From Octopus sinensis (lineage: Eukaryota), in the NCBI RefSeq assembly GCF_006345805.1, contig NC_042998.1, positions 138,384,001 through 138,448,000 of the forward strand: DNA of 64,000 nt, given 5' to 3'. Both the position numbers and the translations under genes were made by a program. Each line of letters begins with the position of its first letter. Position 1 is the first letter of the stretch. Below are positions 56,295 to 64,000 of the stretch, piece by piece. The notes under the pieces are model-generated. The model was given only the letters and a program-made list of their open reading frames with translations, was not told the DNA's origin and did not search any database.

Positions 56295-56580
56295 AAATGG
56301 TTACAAACGCAAATCGAAATTGCTTCGCAACTTTGCTAGGCTAAAGCTTTTATTCATAACGTTACTACGGGTGGTGGATGATAACTTAGATCTTATGATC
56401 TTGGCTTTGTTAATGTCGTCGTAAGTGGAGTAAATAGCTACAAACGCAAATGGAAACCGCATCGCAATTTCAGTTAGCTAGGCGAAAGCTTTTTCTCTAC
56501 TTATAGATAATGTTGCTGCTAGTGGTTCTCAGCTTAGATCTTCTGATCTCGGTCGACATACAGTTTATTAATGTCGAATG
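56295..56580. repeat. Diverged tandem duplication, 140-160 bp
   Basis: tacaaacgcaaat at 56302 and 56439; ttaatgtcg at 56410 and 56568. Confidence 0.7.
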
Positions 56581-59500
56581 CCAAAAGTTGAAAATATTTA
56601 TATAAATAAATTGACATCAGAATAGCGTAGCTTATAAATATGTGTTTGTGTAGAATATGAAAAATTTTAAATATGAACATAGGATATTAGAGTAAATATA
56701 GGATATTAACAATTTGAAAAATGTTCAATATAAGATATGAACAATAAATAACATGATTGAGACAATATTAAATATAAAATTGATATTATTGCTTAGTATA
56801 TTATGAGTAACGGTAAGGCGGGGAGCTGGTAGAGTCGTTACCGCACCGGAAAAATTGCTAAGCGGCATTTATTCTGGTTGTTTGCGTTCTAAGTTCAAAC
56901 ACCACCAAAGTCGACTTTATCTTTCATCGGTCCCAGTACTCAACTGGTACTTATTTTATCGACCCCCGAAAGGATGAAAGGTAAAGTTGACCTCGGCGGT
57001 ATTTGAACTCAGAATGTAAGGATGGGAGAAATGCTTAGCAGCATTTCGTCTGGCGCGTTAAGAATTCTGCCAGCTCACCACCTTACGATATGCCTTAATA
57101 CTCCAATACCCAAAGGCGGTGAACTGGCAGAATTGTTAGCACGCCGGGCGAAATGCATAGCAGCATTTCGTCTGTCTTTACGTTCTGAGTTCAAATTCCG
57201 CCGGGATCGATTTTGCTTTTCATCCTCTCAGAGTTGATAAAATAAGTACCAGTTAAGCACTAAGGGTGATATGACTGGCTTACTCTCTCCCCTGAAACTG
57301 TTGGCCTTGTGCCAAAAAATTTAAAATCAATATTTCAGTACCCAATTTACTCTTATGTAAAATACAAAACGTTGTACCTAGAAAAGGAATTAATTATATT
57401 CTTTGATAAAATTCCATTTTCTCGAGGAACGCTCTCTAAGGCTAAACTGATATAAAGCAGGTTGACTGATATTCTTCTCTACTCTAGGCACACGAAATAC
57501 TGGTAAGACGAAATACTGGTAAGCATTTCGCCCGGCGTGCTAACGTTTCTGCCAGCTCGCCGCCTTGCAGGATAACTGATATTAAATTAATAAAACAGTA
57601 TCTGATATTTGAGCAGATAAAAGCGGAAAGATTAGTAGAATAGAATACCAAACTACCAACATAGCGTGTGTGAATTCAAATAACGATTTAAAAGTTTCGG
57701 TGCGAATCTGAACAGTATTTATATTTATCCAGTCACAGAAATGAGGCATTTGCAGTTGATTGGTTTCTTAGATGAGAGAGATATTAATTTCCGTTTGCTT
57801 ACGAACTGAAAACAGAGTCAAACGTTACTCATATATAATCATATAGATCTGTGTAGCTGCAGATTGTTATCACTACATCGATCCTGTGATTAGTTAAACT
57901 GGAACACTGTAAAGTCGGATGAAACCATCGAAATCCTTCGATCGTTGTCTTCCCACTGATCACATGGTCTGTTATTGAGCAGCGAGATTTCTCGTATTTC
58001 TAGTTGTATAGAGGAAAGTGGATGAAAGTTAAATGTAGGCACATACATGGCTGTGTAGTAAAGAAGTTCACTTCGCACCGTTGTGGTTTCGAGTTCTGTC
58101 CCACTGCGCAACATCATGAGCATATGTCTTCTACTATAATCCCGGGCCGACCGTTGCCTTTTGATGTTTTTATATTTCTGTAACTTAGCGGTTCTGCAGA
58201 AAGAGATCGATGGAATAAGTACCAAACTTAAAATAAGTACTAAGGTTTGATATGTTCGACTAAACTCTTCGAGTCGGTGCCCCAGCATGGCCGCAGTCCA
58301 AAGACTGAAATAAATAAACGAATATAAGAATATATTCCGACAATGGATTTGTGTATAGCCTGACTTAACCCTGTGATTCTATTACATTTATTACTAGCGT
58401 TTTTGCCCTCATTGTATATTTATTTTTGTTGGTATTTTATTGTTGTGTGTTAATATTGTTAATTCTGACTTATTAGATACTAGAGGAATTTCTTGTCAGT
58501 TCACCTACATCTACACATTCACACAACTAATTTTTGTGTGTTGGTTAAACGAAGGAGAAACAACCAGATTTGAAACCAAGCTCTACTAGTTCCTAACGTA
58601 ACGCTTTCAACAATTAAATTAACTGTCGACAGTAACTGTAATGGCGTCTTTTATCATTCATAAATGATTTACATTACTTTCCATGGCATCAGAGCAACAG
58701 GCGAACGCAGATACGTTCACATACGCACGCACAGGCACAAACTTACACGTAAACACCAATATGCATAGACGCATCACACACGAATAGAATCGCATATACA
58801 CGCACATACGCACGATAATTATCAATTATTTATGCTAGACTTGTCATCAGGTTAATAACTCAATCAATAGAAATTTCCTTCGCTAATCCCATGGCTTCAA
58901 CCAGAGAATTCGGTGTCATCGTCCGGTAGCTGGTAGATTTCCTGTGGGCAAACGAAGAGAGAGATTGAAGAGGAAGGGAGAAAATCTACTGAGTAGTATC
59001 AATAACGGGTGTTTGGGCTGGATGATTTAGGGAGCAGACAGCCTGTAGTGGTATTAGAAATAAAAGAAAACAACACAGAGCATAACAAAATATCAAGTAG
59101 AAATGGATGATTTTCATATGAACTTTGTTTATGGCAGACAACATTTGGAAGGAAGGAATAAGTTATTAGTTACTTTCCCTGGTGGTAAATTCTCAATAAC
59201 TGAATCAATGTAAATGGATAAAGGAAAGAATAAATGGAGGAAAGTTGCAGAAATTAAGATATGATGGCGGTGAAGGATAGAGAATGTGTAGCAAAGAATT
59301 GTCTAGAAACTTAACTGTTGATGATAGGGTTACGAGAGATAATAAGTAAGTTGTAAAATGCCAATACACAAATACACAAGTGCTTAGACGCACGCGCGCA
59401 CCGCACACACATTCATACACACACACACACACTTGGTCATACGCACATATTGTACATGATATATATATATATATGTGAGACCGATATATATACATATATA

Positions 59501-59589
59501 ATTATATATAGATATATATTATATATGTTATGCATTTTATATATGCTATGTATTATAGATATGTAATATATATATATATATATAATATA

Positions 59590-59945
59590 ACTTGTATCTT
59601 TTACTTGTTTCAGTCATTTGACTGTGGCAATGCTGGGGCACCACCTTGAAGAATTTTAGTCGGACGGATCGACCCTAGTGCTTATTTTTTTAAGCCTGGT
59701 ACACATTCTATCGGAGATGTAAACACACCAACACCGGTTGTCAGGCAGTGGTGGAGGACAAAAATGCACACACACGCACGCATGTATGTGTGTGTAAACG
59801 GAAGTTTCTTTCAGTTTCCGTGTGCCAAATCTGCTCACAAGGCTTTAGTCAGCCTCCAGACTGTAGCATAAGACACTTGCCGTAGGGGACTAAACCTGGA
59901 ACCATATGATGGGGAAGTAAATTTCTCACCATACAGCCACGCCTG
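59590..59945 (-). mobile_element. SINE S1, near full length
   Basis: Reverse complement of the S1 consensus seen elsewhere in the window. Confidence 0.8.
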
Positions 59946-59995
59946 CATCAATATTTATAGTTTACATAAATCTATCTATCATCTATCTATCTATC

Positions 59996-60038
<43 letters not shown>

Positions 60039-60089
60039 ATACATATATACATATACATATATATACATATATTAACTACATAGGAGTCT

Positions 60090-62455
60090 ATATCCATTCT
60101 AGATTACTTCACGCAGTCTTCTACTCATATTAGCCCTCTTTCACCTTCCTTTCTAGTTAAGTATAAATTTGCAACTCTTCCCTTTGGGTGGAATCCTCCA
60201 TTCATATTGAATTCCTTCCTAGTTCTTCTATCCAGCTTTGCTAATTCAGTTTTTGTCCAATCTACAAAAGCTGCTGAGTATCTAAGTAACGATACTGTCC
60301 AAATATTTACAGCCGTCACTAAATTCGGACCATTTAGCTTTGATTTCATTAGCTTCTTTACCCTTCCGATGTACCCCTTCTCAATTTTCGCTTTCATTTT
60401 TACAGTTAGTACTCTGTCAGATCCTAATACTTATAACTCTCTCCTCCTTGCAATGTTTTAATGTCTGGCCATCTGATAATTGGATGCCTTCACTGTTTAC
60501 TACCTGTCCCCTTCTCGTGACTAATATTGCACACTTGTCTATGCCAAATTCCATGCCTATATCTTTGCTGAAGAGTCTTACAGTTGTATTAAGGAATCTA
60601 TCTCTTGCTCATTCTTACTAAAAAGCTTCAGATCATTCATGTTGAGCAAATGGTTAGTTTTACCCTCACTAATTCTGAATTGATATCCTGCTTTTGCATT
60701 CCTTAATACTAAACTGAAGGGGATCAAACATAACACAAATATTGAAGGGGGGTAACGAGTCCCCTTGGAAAATTCCTCTCTTGATATTAACTTTCCTTAA
60801 GACTGTGTTACCTGAATAGAGATCTACTTTCCATTTCTTCATGCTAAAGCTAATTAATCCTCTTATGTTGTCTGTTATACAGAATATACTCAAAATTCAC
60901 TTACCCATGAGTGTAGGATCATGTCATAGGCTTTCTTATAATTAATCCATGCTATTGTTAGACTGTTCTTTCTAGCTTAAACTTCATTTAGAACTGCTTT
61001 GTCTATGTATCAGGTCATCCCATAAGTTCTGTCCGAATTTTGAATAAAGAAAGCAAGTGATCAAATGTTATATTTAATTGAAATTTAATCATCACTGTAC
61101 TTTCCCTGATTATCTATGACTTCCTTCCATCTATTTACAAGCTTTTTAATCCCATCAATGTAAAACTCTTTTGGTTTTAAAGCGAAGAACTCTGATATGT
61201 CAGTTTCGACCTCCTCCTGGCTTACGAAAGTTATGTCCCCCAAATGTTTCTGTAAGTTACGAAACAAATGGTAGTCTGAAGGAGCAAGGTCGGGAGAATA
61301 AGGTGGATGAGGAATTTTTTTCCCAACCAAGCTCTTTGATCTTCTGTGATGTGATCTTTGCAGTGTGGGGTCGCGCATTGTCCTGATGAAACATCACTCC
61401 TTTTCAATTCACTAAAGCGGGTCTTTTTTTTCTTCAAAGTTTGGTTCAAACGCTCTAATTGCTGACAGTAGACTTGAGCATTGATTGTTGTATTAGGTGG
61501 TAACAATTCAAAGTGAATTACTCCTTTGCAATCCCACCAGATAGAGAGAAGAACCTTTTTCCCATGAAGTTCCCTTCTCGGTTGTGATTGAGCTTTTTCC
61601 CTTTTACCAAGCCACTGTTTACGACGGTTAACATTTCGATAGAAGTTCCATTTTTCGTCACCAGTCACAAGTCAATCCAAAAAGAGTGAAATGAGTTCGC
61701 GAGAATGGAGAGAAGAGCAGATGTCAATTCGGGATTTGCGGTTACTTTCGGACAATTCATGAGGCACCCATTTTCCAAGTTTAGGAACCTTTCCAAGTTG
61801 TTGAAGATGACGCTGAACAGAGGTATAAATCTTGTATTTCCTAACTTATTCAGTTTCCAGGCTTCTATTCTACTCGGATCTTGTCTTAAAGATTTCACTT
61901 TATTTTGTTGTCTCCTTTTCCACATTTGTTCTTTTCTAATCTCTCCTTGTGGAATATCTGATCTTCTATTAACTACTACCCCTCCTGCATAGATCAATAA
62001 GTTAGTGTCTCTTATATATTTAGTATCTACCCTACTAATAACAGAATCTACTTTCCTAGTCATATCTAGCAACTTCTTTCTGTTGGTACCTTTTAATTCT
62101 GGCAATCTTTTTCTTTATTCATTACTTTCTGCAACTCATCTAAAATCTTCTGAACTTCCTCCCTTAAATCACTTAAATCGCTGGTGCTAGTTGTCCCTTC
62201 CTTATTGGTAGCGCTACTATTATTTTTTCCTTTAGGTTCTTCTTTGGGTTGAGATGTATCTCCTGTATTGTTGTTTATCTTTCCTACTGCCTGGTCTTTC
62301 TTTCTCAGTTCTCTTCTGATCTCTTCCACCTCCAATTTTGTCATCCACTTTCTTCCCTTAATAGCATTAGCTTGATCTACTAGTCTCTGCTCAGTCACTT
62401 TGAACATACCCTTCTCTACCCAAAGTGTTTACTACTTACCTGTTAATTAGAAAGG
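60090..62455 (-). mobile_element. R4/Dong-like non-LTR retrotransposon relic, interrupted by a mariner fragment
   Basis: N-terminal EQRLVDQANAI; RT AWINYKKAYDMILHSW, KRGIFQGDSL, SKLNGPNLVTAVNIWTVSLLRYSA, LDRRTRK; several stops and frameshifts. Confidence 0.8.
61010..61670 (-). mobile_element. Mariner 3' half with a single TIR
   Basis: TGDEKW, KVLLSIWWDCKG, QDNARPH in a shifted frame, HPPYSPDLAPSDYHLF; TA|tcaggtcatcccataag at 61008-61026. Confidence 0.92.
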
Positions 62456-62716
62456 ATCTAGAAATTTCTAAACAAAGCTCGCCTAATTCCAAAACTGGCT
62501 GGAATCCAGGTGGTATGCGGTTTCCCTCTCTTTGAGAGTTTCCATGGTAACATTCAACAAACTTGAAATTTTCCAAGAAGTGGTGAAGTGGTCGTACTCG
62601 GACACAGGTTGACTTTCATCATGCATAGAAACACAAACACACACACGCACACACATGCACGCAGAGGCGCGCACACAGACACACAATACAAATTTATATT
62701 CTTATGTTTATATAAA

Positions 62717-63598
62717 CGAGGGTATCTCAAAAAATATACATACTCTTGTTTCTGTAATTTATTAAACCAAACGCAGTGGTTGAACAATTACATCATTTTT
62801 CAACGTAGTCTCCTTGCTTTCCGATGCACTTCCTCCAGCGGTCCACAAGCTGTCTTATTCCATCGGAGAAAGATGGTTTTCAGTTAGTGACTCAGTGCTT
62901 GCTGCACTTCTCCTTAGCAAATCAATGACCTCGTAAAGGGTGTTTGGGCGGTACAAAGAGATGATAGTTGGAAGGGGAGTTACAGCAAGGTGCTTCAGCA
63001 ACTCGAAACCCAATTTTTCGATGGTTTCAACGTTATGGGCGGCCGTATGTGTGCGTGCATTTTCGTCGTGCAACAATAACATTTGCATTGACAATAGATC
63101 TCGGCGTTTAGTGGGAATTGCTAGCGTTTGGTGTGAATTGTCAGCCAGCATTTCACTGTAGCTTATACTGTAGACCGTTTGCCAGGTAATGTTCCACTAT
63201 AGGCTCTTTTGCGTGCCCAAAAATGGTTAGCATCACTTTTTCTGCGAAAGGTTGAGTCATAGATTTTTTCTCTTTTTTTTTTTTTCGCTAGCGATTTCGG
63301 ATGTTTCCACTTAATACTCTATATTCTGGGTTTGGGCTCAAAGTGATGGATTTAGGTCTCATCTTCGTACTCATCTCGCACAGACTTTACGGAAGCCAAG
63401 CTTGTCGTGGATAATTTCGGATGCAAAACCATGACTAATTGGCAGAGAACATTCCACCACAACGATAGTGCCTCGTTAGTTTGCCAGAACCACCTCTCAA
63501 GCTTGCTGAACCTTCGCATCATTGGTGAACGTTGATGGGCGAGCGCTGAAGGCAGTGTAGTTTTGATGAAAGTGCGAATAATTTTTTACATCCCCTTC
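62717..63598 (-). mobile_element. Old mariner relic
   Basis: LLLHDENARTHTA and DGIRQLVDRWRKCIGKQGDYVEK on the minus strand; degenerate cgagggg-type ends. Confidence 0.75.
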
Positions 63599-63603
63599 AA
63601 TAT

Positions 63604-63652
<49 letters not shown>

Positions 63653-64000
63653 TATATCTTTCTATTCACAAGTTCCCCATATAGCATCTAACAAGGTGCC
63701 CAGTCCAACGTAACCGGTGCTTGTGCACCATCGCCTCAATACTTAAGATATCAGCTGTCCTCAGAACCTGTGTGTCTGGAGTTTTTAAGGTTCAGCCAAC
63801 ATTCAGAATGTGTCAGAGACATCTCTGATGAAAGCGTTCATGGACCTTTACATGACGTTTGTAAAGGGTCCATGTCTCACCTGAGCAAAGGAGCGATGTC
63901 AGTACACATGCACGATACACAGCAATTTTTGTTTGCTTTGTGATGCCATGCTGGGACCAGACACGAGACTGAATAGACCCGAAGTAATTAGTTGCTCTCT

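Noticed and set aside
63825-63874. CTGATGA followed by the hairpin catggacc..ggtccatg
   Set aside because: It lacks GAAA and stem II, so it is not a HHR.

Overview
This is repeat-saturated, AT-rich animal genomic DNA, most likely from an octopus. That assignment is inferred from the tRNA-derived SINE families and the extreme microsatellite density; no database was searched. No host protein-coding gene can be supported, and almost all ORFs in the supplied track are microsatellite translations. Recognisable mobile elements: two decayed Neptune-type Penelope-like elements (PLEs; RT plus C-terminal GIY-YIG), three mariner relics, three non-autonomous Helitrons sharing one 3' hairpin (one carries a PIF1 helicase fragment), CRE, R4/Dong and L1/Tx1 LINE fragments, a MITE and many SINEs. 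There is one 100-N gap. The main unexplained signal is about 20 type I hammerhead ribozyme (HHR) motifs from about ten unrelated sequence families. Most have a palindromic stem III, the architecture of dimer-cleaving HHRs, and two families use the U3-A8 core variant. They lie in short non-coding units (tandem periods of about 353, 362 and 555 bp) arranged as tandem and head-to-head inverted insertions, and most end in (TA)n. One sits at the exact 3' end of a Neptune PLE. I infer a set of ribozyme-bearing, retrozyme-like non-autonomous retroelements mobilised by TA-targeting PLEs. All folding was done by eye, and activity is untested.
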